From positions 2,544,001-2,608,000 of the forward strand of contig CM119378.1 of NCBI GenBank assembly GCA_051294905.1: a DNA stretch of 64,000 nt, given 5' to 3'. Below are positions 52,727 to 64,000 of this stretch, piece after piece. Below the pieces are notes generated by a model that saw nothing but the letters and a program-made list of their open reading frames with translations, ran no database searches and was not told the DNA's origin. This stretch comes from Botryllus schlosseri. Its lineage: Eukaryota. Each line of letters begins with the position of its first letter. Within the stretch, counting starts at the first letter, position 1. Made by a program: the position numbers and the translations under genes.

Positions 52727-54518
52727 TAGAGGTCGATCGATACTGATTTTCGCAGGCCGATACCGATACCGATTATTGACACACTCACAAGGCCGATAAC
52801 TGATAACATAGTCCGATATTAATATGAATAGCGCAGAGAGCCATATTTCGCTAAAATATTATGTACTGGGCAGGGTGGCACTTGTACATGCCACAGAAAG
52901 CTGAACAACAACCGAGCAAACTGAAATTAAAAAGAATTATTCCTGAATTGTGAATCATTGAAATCTGGGCTACGAAATTGCAGATCAGTTCAGTAGATAG
53001 TAATGCAGGAAGCGTATAGTTTCTATGCATAATCCCGAAGTTGAACATGTCCTGCAAGAGTAAACATGTCAATTATCGCCAGGCCTGTTTATTTTTAGGA
53101 TTTCTCCAAAAATAACAAAAATAGCTTCGTTTTGGATGTTTTCAAATTTTATTTTTGGAGAATCTCCAAAAATAAAAAATGAATGTGTTTTTAACCCTAT
53201 TACTACTGGAAAACTCCACTGAGCGTATGTTATTATCATTTATTCAAGTCCTCTAACACATCGACATCATCAGTGATCTTGATATAACTTTCAAATACAT
53301 CTGTCAAAAAATCAAGTTGTTGGCCTGGAGAATACCCTCTAAAGAAAAATCAGAGAGAGGCGCGCGGCCGATACCCTTCTCCAACTTGATTTTCGAGACC
53401 TCGACCGTCGCAATTGTGGGAAACATTGAGCCTAGGGGTTCAAAAACGGATGGATGGCTAACTCTCCAAACTCCTCAATCTTCCAAGCTTTGCTCCTGAC
53501 AAGCGCTCATCAGTGATGCACTTGAAACCCTCTGATCCTCCACGAAGTTGCGTGCCTCATTGAACTTGACAACCCAACCGCCAACACCGTCTGACCAGAA
53601 AACCTTCCTTGTGGCGTGCGTCGTTGTCCCAGTCCTCACCTGGACTGGCCGCAAGACGTTCGACCAGGCGCTGTAGCACTTGCTGCTCCTCGATTAGACT
53701 GCCAATACCCTGAAGCTTCATGACGGTGTTGCTGCTCAGCTCTGGGACCATGCGATCGAGAACGATCAGTTGGAATCACCACTGCAGCGAAGGTGCACAT
53801 GCCGGACTTTTCTCGTCCATAACATTAAGGAGTTTGGTAGGGTGTCCAGTCAGCTAAGAGGCCATCTTCCTCATTGACAAGCAATGGGCGTTAACAGACT
53901 TGGGTCACGCACTTTCCATCTCCTGGATCAAGTTCTGTGGCCGTCTGAGGTATCCAATCAGTCCCGTCCCGTGTAGACGAAGTGATTGTGACAGAGGTGG
54001 CCGTATTTGGTTTCGCTGTTCCATTTGCCTCACTCAAGCTGCCTGCCCGTCTTTTCTACGTGCCGTACTGTGAAACTTATAGGAGTACAAAGACGGAGGG
54101 GGCGGGAAGGCAAGGTTAGCAGAAACGTGGAGTGGAATGAGTGGAACTAGTTTTAGCGTTTCGGTGACCCCTTCCCTAACACACAGGCTATTTTTTGTGT
54201 GTTTTTATGAGTTTCCTGGTTGTTTACATCGCTCTGACTTGTTCATTTCACTGAAAAACCTGAAAAATCTTCATCCAAAAATATCTTATTTTTGGATGTT
54301 TTCAAATCTTATTTTTGGAGAATCTCCAAAAATAAAACCCAATATCCAAAAATAAACAGGCCTGCGTATCACCCTTTGCGTCATCGATTTCTTGAGATTG
54401 AGAACTCGGAGCATTGAATTTCCAATACTTTTGATTTTTTTTGATAAAAATCATAATCGGGGAACGTTCCAAATATCGGCCTCGATAATCGGCCAGGTCG
54501 ATTAGCGGCCGACCTCTA
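52727..54518. mobile_element. hAT MITE 'tagaggtcg' with ccgata arrays, hosting a nested element
   Basis: TIR tagaggtcg / cgacctcta. Perfect TSD atatcaat. Confidence 0.85.
53080..54364. mobile_element. Nested hAT-like element related to the caggccgtgtt family
   Basis: TIR caggcctgtttattttt with tttttgga subterminal repeats. GC-rich interior is possibly a transposase relic. TSD degenerate. Confidence 0.75.
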
Positions 54519-56049
54519 ATATCAATGTCGAAGTTTTTTCCAACATGCGGCGGACAATTGCAATGTTTTATCGCCGCAAATCATTTTGGCCACGCACACA
54601 GCGCACAGAGTCGCATGTCGCAAGAACCTGTATGTTTATTTATCAAATAATTTTAGCTTTTTCCATTTTGGAAACTTCTGTGACATGTTGTGCAGCAAAA
54701 CTGTTGTCGTTTTCGTCACTCGTGCCGGGGTTTGCCGTCCCCTGTTCTATTCCATGTGTAATATAGAGAGCAACTTTTGATTGTCAAGAATTTCAGCAAT
54801 TGTTCTGATAGCGACTTTGTAGGTGCACAAAACATTTATAATACTCACGATCTTATACACGTAGCCGTTGGTCGAAAATATAGGGTTTAACTTGGGGATG
54901 GTGTGAACGTGAGGTAAACGTTCGTGTTCTGTGTATCAACCTCCAAAATTTTATAGGTGGGCGTTCACAAACGAACCTTAGTATAGGTTCTGCACCGTGA
55001 ACCTTTTTCATTTATTAAAATATTTCACGTCATTATAACACTTTTGTTTGAATTTGCATTTCAATAAACTTTGGGCCACTGTTCGCATGGCGTTGACAGC
55101 ATAAAAATAAATTCAGCAGTTAACGAGCCTTGCCAATTTCGAACAATTCACTTTCTTTGTTACAAAAGTTTGCTCGAAATATTCAACTTTCCGTTTATGA
55201 ATATTCAGTGACTCTCGGCTGTGAGCGTGGCCCGCAATCACACAACACCAAGAATGAAACACACTATATATACATAGGTAGTCAGCGAATTATGCTTATT
55301 CAACCAATCACTGAAATTGATAAAGGATACATATTTGTCCAATGTAAAAAATATAGTTGGCGTGCGCCGTACGGGATCCACCTTGATTTGATATGCTTAT
55401 CGCTTATAGTATCATAAAAACCAAATCCGTGCGATTGGGGTGTTGGCTACTGTATAGCTTGATTATGAGAGAATATCGGTAGCAATACCGGAGCTCTATT
55501 TATACTTGGAGGGGGCTTCATTTGTTTGAGCAAGTTTTGAGAAGTTGTTGTAATTGATGGGGTATGTTGCTCCATCATAAGATCAATCACTACACACTTT
55601 TGAAACCCTACCCACTACTTCCGTGCTCAATTTTACCTATAAAATCAGGAATTTGCTTGTAACTTTTTTCCTCTTCATTTTCAAGAGTAAGTTCTATGGA
55701 AGGGAGATAGAAACATGTTGCTTCCGCATCTTTTAAGCCCAAAACTGACTTTCTGGTGTAAGTCATTATCAAGATATGGCGAAATTAGCTATTTTCGGCT
55801 CGTTCGGTGAAATTGCACGACCCCGAGAGGGTGAACAAACTCAAAATCATGATAGAATATATTTATTTGCTATTTGGCACCACATATCGAGACCCTTTTT
55901 TGAAATTCAAAAATTTTCATTTTTCACTCCGCCCTACTGCACAGACGAATCAAATAGAATTCCGCCAAAGGGGCGATATAAAGTTTCGTTGTACGCAAAT
56001 TAATATACAACGACACCCACACTACAGCAGAACTATTTTGTCTGGGCGG

Positions 56050-57720
56050 AGGTGGTCACGAATCCTTTCCGGGCCCGGCGTAGATTTCATCAGTTTTGGT
56101 TAAAGTCGGACTGGATGGGGCCAAGTGGCTTTGAGAGTCGGATTTATACTAGATTTCACCCTCAAAATATGTGGTAATAACAGGACTTTACGAGCCAGTC
56201 GGATTTTTGGCCTCCGATTTGGTGACCCGAGTCGGGGTCGATTCAGACTTCAAAATCTCCCGCTCATCTTTACACTTCACCGAAAGCAGGCTACATTGCA
56301 TCACGGAGGATTTGTCACAATTCATCCCCCGTTATTGCACCACCGAAACCGAGCGCGTTTCAGCAAAATAAGGCCAGTCCACCGATCCACGGTGAAGCGA
56401 GCTATCCCGATTCGTCACTATATAATTGAATCTGACATCGTACTCGTAGTTCCCGAGTTCGACCGCCAAATGCGAGGTTCGAAGGGGTGACACAGCAATT
56501 CTCTGACGGTAACACTCCGCCGAATCAATATATCCTTAGTATGATATTGTAAATATGTTTGGAGGTGTTGGCATAACAAGTGTTGAGGATATTTTACGGC
56601 ACACGCGAACACAACTGAATGTCTACAGCAAAATTAGTCGCCCTCGAACGAAAAGTGCGTGGTGAGCTCGTGATCGATATGTATGTTACAGACTGGCAAA
56701 GCATTAGTTCGCCGACAGACCGATTCAAGTTGTACATAATGTATTATACTGATAATCTTTGTTTGTTTATTATAAATCTTGCATGCGCCCATTCCGCCCA
56801 TTTGTATAACTACTAAACTCCGTTCTGTTCTACTCCAAAAGGAACCAACAATTCATTACCAGAGGTTAAATGACGAGGAAAAACATTTGTTAATGACATC
56901 ACGAAAGCAATGTAATTTACAAGCTGTATACAGTTGATATGAACACTGTACCAAGTTTTCAGTTTGTCGCTGAACTATGTGGGTGGTAATGTCGTTTCCT
57001 ATAACTCGAGTGACTCGCCATTTATCGCTAACAGATTTTACGCAAAACCAGTATTCGTCTCTATTGATTTTAGCAATACTCCATACCTAGATATGTCAAG
57101 TACTTTTGCACGGTATGTCTTGATTTTAGTATCGAACGCCGTGCCAAGTCTCAAGGTTGACACTCAATGATTATGGCAGTAATTTCGTTTTAGAGGTCGA
57201 GTATGGTAGAGATGTACGGTGATCTGACACATAAGCATAACTACCGCATTGCGGATTTCACGCAAAAGTCGGTGTTTGTCCGTGCTAATTTTAACTGTGT
57301 TTCATACTGAGATAGGTGATGAGATGATGGTCTCATGAAACAGTTTACTAAAGATTCTCGGTTTGCATTCAAATGTTTACTTTATTTTATATTCTCCATT
57401 GTCAATTTCACCGCGAAATAGTGGCCTTCAAGCCATTTGGGGCAGTGTCCCTAGTTCGACCGAAATTCGGTATCGTAATCTGAAGCAAGTGGTCTGCTGC
57501 AATCGGTGTCTCGATATTACCCGATGGCCGACATTGCCTGACTCGAGTTGATTTGTTTATATTCCAAGACATCTTTTTCCGAAGTAGTAACCACTAGTGA
57601 ACTTTTATAGACAACACTTTTTCATGGCCGACCACGAGATATTTGTGGCCGCAAGTGGCCACGGGAAAGCTGAGAACTCTACTGCAGAACAATGTCCGTT
57701 TTGTGTTCCAATACCCGTAG
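56050..57720 (-). pseudogene. Probable decayed multi-Ig membrane receptor directly downstream of the NHL gene (copy A split into ~4850-5500, 8990-9260, 14970-15690)
   Basis: Ordered motifs in shifting frames: signal-like TLFCSRVLSF.VATCG, HKYLVVGHEKVLS, AVKLTMENI, TFECK..TIISSP, VVMLMCQI, SGNELLV..LYKW, CRRTNALPVCNI, S/T stalk, GLILLKRAR, DEIYAG. Confidence 0.4.
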
Positions 57721-57811
57721 ACCTTATTGTTCAGTTGCGGAAAATTTATTCACAACAAAACTACAACTACCGACTTTAATCGCACCACGACGTCGTTTCG
57801 AATCCCGTTTC

Positions 57812-58964
57812 TCAAAAGATTTGCACTCTGTGGTTGCCACAGTCAGTGACCGCGATCCCTCCTTCTGACAAAACGCAAACTCCTTCCGGCCTCTTCAACT
57901 GTCCCGGTTCAGATCCCTCGCTGCCGAAACAAGACACGAAGGACCCGTCCCTCGTGAAAATCTGAACCCGGTGGTTGCCATCGTCGCAAACGATTATGTT
58001 ACCCTGATGATCTGTGGCGACACCTCGCGGATCCTTGAACTGAAACTCGTCCGTTCCTTCCGTTCCAAACCGGAGAAGATGGCGAGCACGAGTCGCAAAC
58101 ATACGTACGTACGAGTCGAAAACATGAACTCTGTGATTGCAGTCACTGACGACCACCTGCGAAAATGTGAACGATCGCGAGAGTCCACACCGAACCGACG
58201 ACTCACGTACTCTGCCGTCTGAAGTCACAGAAAGATATCGCGGTTTTTCGAAACGCTTTTCGACCGAACCGAACCACCGATACCACTTTCCCTCCTCCGA
58301 AAAAACTTGAACTCTGTGATTGCCTGCGTCACAAACGTAAATCAATCCCTTGTCGTCCGTCGCTACTCCCATAGGACTGACCAGTTCTCCATCTCCTGAA
58401 CAAAAACTGACGTCACTATAGCCGACCACTGTCACGTCAACCACACAACGTCACCTGATCCTTTGCCACCGAACTTGCGAACGAACTTTCCCTGTTCGTC
58501 GAATATTTGGATTCGGTGATTCCCAAAGTCCGAGGCGACAATATGTCCATGTGACGTCACACACACGTCGTGCACCAGATTGAATTGACCTTCTGCTGTT
58601 CCTTCGCTCCCGATGATTCCCTTCACTCGTCCGTTCACGTCGAAGATCTGAAATCACCAAAATTGCAGCCGTAGGAAACTTGTGAAGCAAACCAACGAAC
58701 CTGAATCCGATGGTTGTGTAAATCTGCGACCACGATGTCCTCAGAGGACGTTGAGCAAATGCCACCTGGACTATTCATCTGCCCTGCGCCGATGCCGTAC
58801 GTCCCGAAATATCTGAGATTAGATTTCGACGTTTTGATTTCAGGCGTTATGACGTTACTAAAACCTATTCACTTTTCCACTCACTCTGTCACTCGTCCTT
58901 TGTTTAGATATCGCTGGAAGACTTCGTGTCGACGCCACGGCAAGGCCGATGAAATGAGTTCCAT
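57812..58964 (-). CDS. Stand-alone NHL six-bladed propeller (~304 aa), copy B
   Basis: Exons 58964-58885, 58812-58701, 58647-58455, 58395-58211, 58156-57812. Same GT-AG introns as copy A, open frame, net 6-aa in-frame insertion after DSY. AATAAA at 57750-57745. Confidence 0.9.
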
Positions 58965-59037
58965 ATCTACAAATGTTTAATTCTTGATATATTTTTCTTC
59001 ATGGCGGCAGGAAATATGTGGAGGTAATACGTAATAC

Positions 59038-59621
59038 CAGGGTTGTAATGACTCGAGTCATGACTCGACTCGAGTCAGACTCGAGTCATGATTTTCGGAT
59101 GACTCGACTCGACTCGAGTCATTTTCTCAAAATACGGAATTGACTCGACTCGACTCGAGTCAATCTGTGTATTGACTCGACTTGGACTCGAGTCATTGCG
59201 CATGACTCGAAGCAAGTCATTGACTCGAGATTCAGTCTGCGAAGACCGACATTTCATTGTAATTTCGAAGCCAACACACTATTGGGATTTCGTTTTTTGG
59301 TACTGGTGCTTGAAAATGCGACCAGAAACTGCTAAAAGTGAGGAAAATTGATATATTATAAATGCGAGCCATTCAATATCACCAAACAGAGTTAGAAAAG
59401 TGGGTTTAGGAAGACTTTAACTGGAAACTGAGCAGTCAATACAAGGACTTGGACTCGGACTCGAGTCATAATATCATGACTCGGATTCGATCCTCTGTTC
59501 GCTGACTTGGACTCGGACTTGACTCGGTTGGAATTGAAAATGACTCGACTTGACTCGAGTCAAAAATATAAAAGTGAGATTGACTTGTGACTCGGAGCCT
59601 TGTGACTTGGTTACAACCCTG
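59038..59621. mobile_element. gactcgagtc-array hAT MITE inserted between the two genes of copy B
   Basis: TIR cagggttgtaa / ttacaaccctg. Perfect TSD cgtaatac. Single cgtaatac at 16984-16991 in copy A. Confidence 0.95.
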
Positions 59622-59685
59622 CGTAATACCTCTGGTGCACAATGGACATCCCCCATGGCCCATAGAGTCCGGTTTTAAAGCGACA

Positions 59686-60297
59686 TCAATGTTTCCTACT
59701 TTTATGATCCTCCCTGAGGTGATATTCTCCTGAAGTGTCTGTCCATATCTCGTTATCTTTGGCGTTTCTTAGAGATCCATCCTTATCCACGAGTATATTC
59801 GAGCCGTTATGTACTTGAAAGTTGGCATGGGGGATGTCTGACCCGATTTGTATTGTTACGAAGACCTTTCCATCTTCTATTCCTGACTCAGCAAATCCGA
59901 GATGGCGACGAGGCTTTATGGTCGTAAATCCAGGATCATTCGTCACATACTTTCTCTTTTGATCTGATCACAAAAATCGTGGAAGTAGGATTTAAATGCC
60001 AATGTCGGGTAAAATCGGAATACATTGTATGTGGATGATTGCGAAATTGTAGATACTTACGATTTTTGTACGATGCTCCTATTTTAGCTTCACTCATGCC
60101 TAGTGTGCCTTTGGCTGCCGTTTCTTCCTCACTTATTTCAATCCTATTAGCTTTTACACATACACGGATATCTTCGTAATAGCCATTAGCAACGTGTGTC
60201 ATGTGCTTGCTTTTTTCCTGGCCTGCGGTGAACAAAATCAAATAATAAAGAGGGTTACTATCATCAATACTGAAATATAAAATGTAGACTCACCCAT
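59686..60297 (-). CDS. 147-aa MGQEKSK protein, copy B
   Basis: Exons 60297-60294, 60222-60061, 59963-59686. Open spliced frame paralogous to copy A. Confidence 0.8.
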
Positions 60298-61401
60298 GTT
60301 AAATGTTGCTGAAAAAAACTTTCTCAAGTAATCTTGCACAATTAAAATAGGGACCGCATCCGTAGGTCTATAGAGAGCGCTAAACAGAAGATAAACAATC
60401 ATACTTTTTGCTGGTGTTGACTTGCGCAAAGGAATGGTGTGAACGTGAGGTTCACGTTAGCGTTTCGTGAGTGAAACTAGGAAGTTTGAAGGTTCGCGTT
60501 TACAAACGAACCTTGGTTGGGTTGAAACCATTAAAAGCTTTCATGTCTTTACGGCGTCATTGGTTGAATTTCTTTGCCCTTCAACTATGGACCACTCTCC
60601 TCATGGCGCAGGCAGCGTGAAAATAAATTCAGCAACTAAACGAGAATGCACCTTGCCAATTTCAAAAATTATTTACTCGAATATTTGCTCGGGATTCTCA
60701 GCTTTCTGTTTGTGAATCCTTGGTGACTCTCCGCTGTGAGCTTAGCCCGCAATCCCACAAAATAGGAAAAACGAAATACGTAGGACGTCAGCGACTTTCG
60801 CTCAGTCAATCAATCAATTACACTGGTCTACTCGAGTTTGGCGTCAGGATTTCTTTTGCTCAATATTACCGAATTTGGGGGAGCTGAATTTCGCGTCATT
60901 TTCGTTTATCACGTCACGATTTCTGAGGAAATATATAAAACGATTAATACTACTTTTGCTAGGTAGCCTACTCAAGTACATTTTGCCTACTTGCACTTCT
61001 TACTGAAATGTTTTCACACCAATTCCACTTCTACCGAGCAATCCGAACAGTATTTTGGATAAACTATTTTATTTTGCAATTTGAATTTTGAAAAGTAGAA
61101 AGTAGTTCAGGGAAAAGATTGCACCACTCGTATCAGTTAAATTACATTGGTCAACACATTTTTTTTTACTTTGATCAGACAAGTTATTTTGACTGACGTT
61201 GATCAGACAAGCATCCTATAACCAAAAATGGGTGAAAGCATCGCCCTAGATCGATACCAGTACCTATATTCTTAATAATTCAATTAAGCCCATGGCTATA
61301 AAACTTATTATTTATGGTAAGGTGTGGATTTTTATATGGTATGGAAAAGTAATATGGCTAAATCCTTGAAAATTTGGATATTTTGGGCATATGTCGTAGA
61401 G

Positions 61402-61860
61402 CAGGGGTTCTGGTTGATTGGTTTGCCCAGAAATGACCCCGAACGCCAGACTTCTTCTCATATATTTGCGAGCTTAAAGTGATAATTGCCTCTGCACCGA
61501 AAAAGTGACAGTAATTCAATGCTTGCTCGCTCACGCATTGAAACAGAAAGTTCGGTTCTATGGTGGAAGAGTTTGAAGGTGCATATAACGACTTGGTAAC
61601 GAATTCAATACACGCTCCATGAAAGGAGTTACTTGCGCCGCTGGAAGATACTTATTCTCACAAAAATACAGAAACTGCAAACTTACGAACACCGTCCATC
61701 AAAATGTCCTAAATACCCGTATATGATTGGTAGATAGGCGCGCTACAGAAGCCCAAATTTAATAGTAGCCCAAAAATACATGGTAATAATGTTCTGTGGC
61801 CCGCAGCGTCATTTACTGTTGAAATGCGGCCCGTTGTATAACGGAAGTTGAGAACCCCTG
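61402..61860. mobile_element. Charlie-like MITE specific to copy B
   Basis: TIR caggggttc / gaacccctg. cgtagag duplicated. Empty site at ~22501-22510. Confidence 0.85.
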
Positions 61861-62329
61861 TGACGTAGAGCAAAAGCTTGACGAGATAGAAGAAAACCAG
61901 CAGCATATTGGGAATTAGCACGGTAAAATTAGCTTAAATCAAGTGCAAAACCAAAGTCAACAAATTTTTCGTTCAAAGTGATTGCCTAGCCCCAAAAGCA
62001 CTGTAACTGAATATATTTTCGAAGATTGCAGTTCGGTTCATTAGCAATTTTATCATTTCGCTGGTTGTCGAGACATACAGCCTGCACCCAACTCTTACAG
62101 CAGAAATCGGTATAAGTTTTCGGGCGTTTTGCCCGCAAGCCACATGTGGTCATATGCATAATTTCGCCTCGCAATATACGGCTGCATCAGTGCTTTGGTA
62201 ACCTTGTATTTGGTGATCGTTTTTCATTCGAATGGCATGCATGATACAGTTGTGACCAGAATATTATGCATTTTAGACGAAAATATTGGCAAGATAATGT
62301 TCACCATCGAACCCTTATATGATTTCTAT

Positions 62330-63291
62330 TAGGGATGGTGTGAACCTTTGAAAGGTTCAGGTTCTTGTGAACGCGAACCTTTTTGAAAGGTTCTGTGTGA
62401 ACGCGAACGTGAACCTCATGACGTTACGTGACGTCATATTGTTAATTCTAACCCTGTCTTTCACGGAAGTGATAGCCTATATTAATGTAAACGATACCTA
62501 GCGACGACTCGGGCCACATAATGCAACAATGCTGAAGTACATATTGACGTTTTAAACGTCGCCAAATGTATCAACTGAGGCAATGAAAGGATATAATATA
62601 CTCCCATAAAATAAATATCTTCCGTCTTTGCCAACAATTTCGACGAGGACTCACCAGGGAATACACGCTAACCCCTTAACGGTCTAGGCCAGACCGGACA
62701 ATGTATGTTCGGCGTCTGAGTATTGCTACATTGATATTGAGCAAAGTGTAAAATGTGTTTCTACTTGCTACCGATATTACCCCATTAAGAAGTTATGCAG
62801 CAGTAGCCAACACCTCAATCGCACGGATTTGGTTTTAATGATGCAGTAGAGATATGAAGTCAAGATTGACCATGACCCCGTATACGCCTTCTCGAATTTT
62901 TACATCAGAAAACGATATCAAACATACTTCGCTCGTGATGTTGTGTGATTGCGGGTCGAGCTCACAGCAGAGAGTCACTAAATATTCACAAACGGAAAGC
63001 TGTATATTCCGAGCAAACTTTTGTAACAAAGCAAGTAAAACTTTTGAGATTGCCAAGGTGCATGCTCGTTTGGTGTTGATTTTTAATGCTGCCAGCTCCA
63101 TGCATAGAGTGGCCCGCAGTTGAAATGCAATAAATTTGAACCAAAGATGTTATAACGAAGTGAAAATTGTAATATATGAAAAAGGTTCACAGTGCAGAAC
63201 CTACCAAGGTTCTGTTGTGAACGCGAACCTCTAAATTTCAGAGGTTCACACACAGAACGCGAGCGTGAACCTCACGTTCACACCATCCCTA
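62330..63291 (+). mobile_element. 'tagggatgg' MITE specific to copy B
   Basis: TIRs, perfect TSD atttctat, empty site at ~23314-23321. Confidence 0.93.
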
Positions 63292-64000
63292 ATTTCTATA
63301 ATTTCTCTTCGTCAGTACCTCCATCAAACTACCACAATATGCCCCACTGCCAGAATTAATCGCGCGGGGATAATTTTAGTCATTTCCAGAAAAGGAATCA
63401 CATCTAGCTCTCGCCCGAGATTTCAATATGTGCGAAACAGCAGCACGCACCGTCGCACCCGTGTGATGAACATACGTTAAGAATTTCATATCTGCCATTT
63501 TTAATTTACTCATGACATGGTATGCGTCCTTTGCGATATCGTCGACAACATCATCAGCAACATCAACACCAGTGCAAGCTATGTATGATCGTGGAAGTTG
63601 TTTTGTCATTATACCAGAGTTGCCAAGATTTCCACAGCAGACTTGGACAACTAGAAAATTTTCAGCTTTTCTTAATTAGATTAGAATGAGAATTAGAGCG
63701 TCACATCTTTCCCAAATTATATTTGAATTAGAATTACAATTTATGAATTCGCAAAAAGTGGAAAATTGAATGAGATTGTGAATTATAAATAAATACAGCG
63801 CAAATCAAGCTCAGTTCATATCAAATTACAGTGCATTCTCATAAACGCGCGTCAACGAAGATATACCATATGATCAGGACTGAATACAAGAAAACGCATT
63901 GCTCTGTCAAGTATGCCGGACCCCAATTGGGGAACAGCATCTCGCCGGCTATCCGACAGTCGTCGAGCACGTCCGCATTCAAGTCGAAATACAAGCAATT

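Larger units (their letters stand above)
54510..64000 (+). repeat. Segmental duplication copy B (continues past the window end)
   Basis: Collinear with 3240-23970. Confidence 0.95.

Noticed and set aside
59041..59610. gactcgagtc, ggctcc, tactcaagta and gtgaac arrays as CRISPR-like or iteron repeats
   Set aside because: They are irregularly spaced short motifs confined to the ends of elements with TIRs and 8-bp TSDs. There are no constant repeat-spacer units and no cas genes.
60238..60429. Signal-peptide-like upstream extension (MIVYLLFSALY...) of the small protein
   Set aside because: In frame only in copy B. In copy A it is frameshifted and stops before the MG start. A strong ttttcag acceptor favours the MG start, though this is not fully excluded for B.

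Overview
AT-rich eukaryotic (invertebrate animal) genomic DNA. No prokaryotic genes, rRNA or CRISPR array are supported. Short GT-AG introns, an operon-like gene pair and tRNA-derived SINEs would fit a tunicate, but that is inference. About half the window is nested transposons: many hAT-type MITEs with 8-bp TSDs, RNase H LINEs, CR1-like 3' ends, SINEs, an Academ-like element and a Tc1/mariner relic. A segmental duplication (copy A ~3240-23970, copy B ~54510 to beyond 64000) carries two apparently intact minus-strand genes 129 bp apart in copy A. The first encodes a 147-aa protein starting with an N-myristoylation consensus (MGQEKSK). The second encodes a stand-alone six-repeat NHL beta-propeller whose paralogs differ mostly at predicted top-face positions. 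Around them lie several decayed multi-Ig-like type I membrane receptor genes, two with a clear TM helix and Tyr-motif tail. Overall this looks like a rapidly evolving, immune-like birth-and-death locus. All translations and alignments were done by eye.
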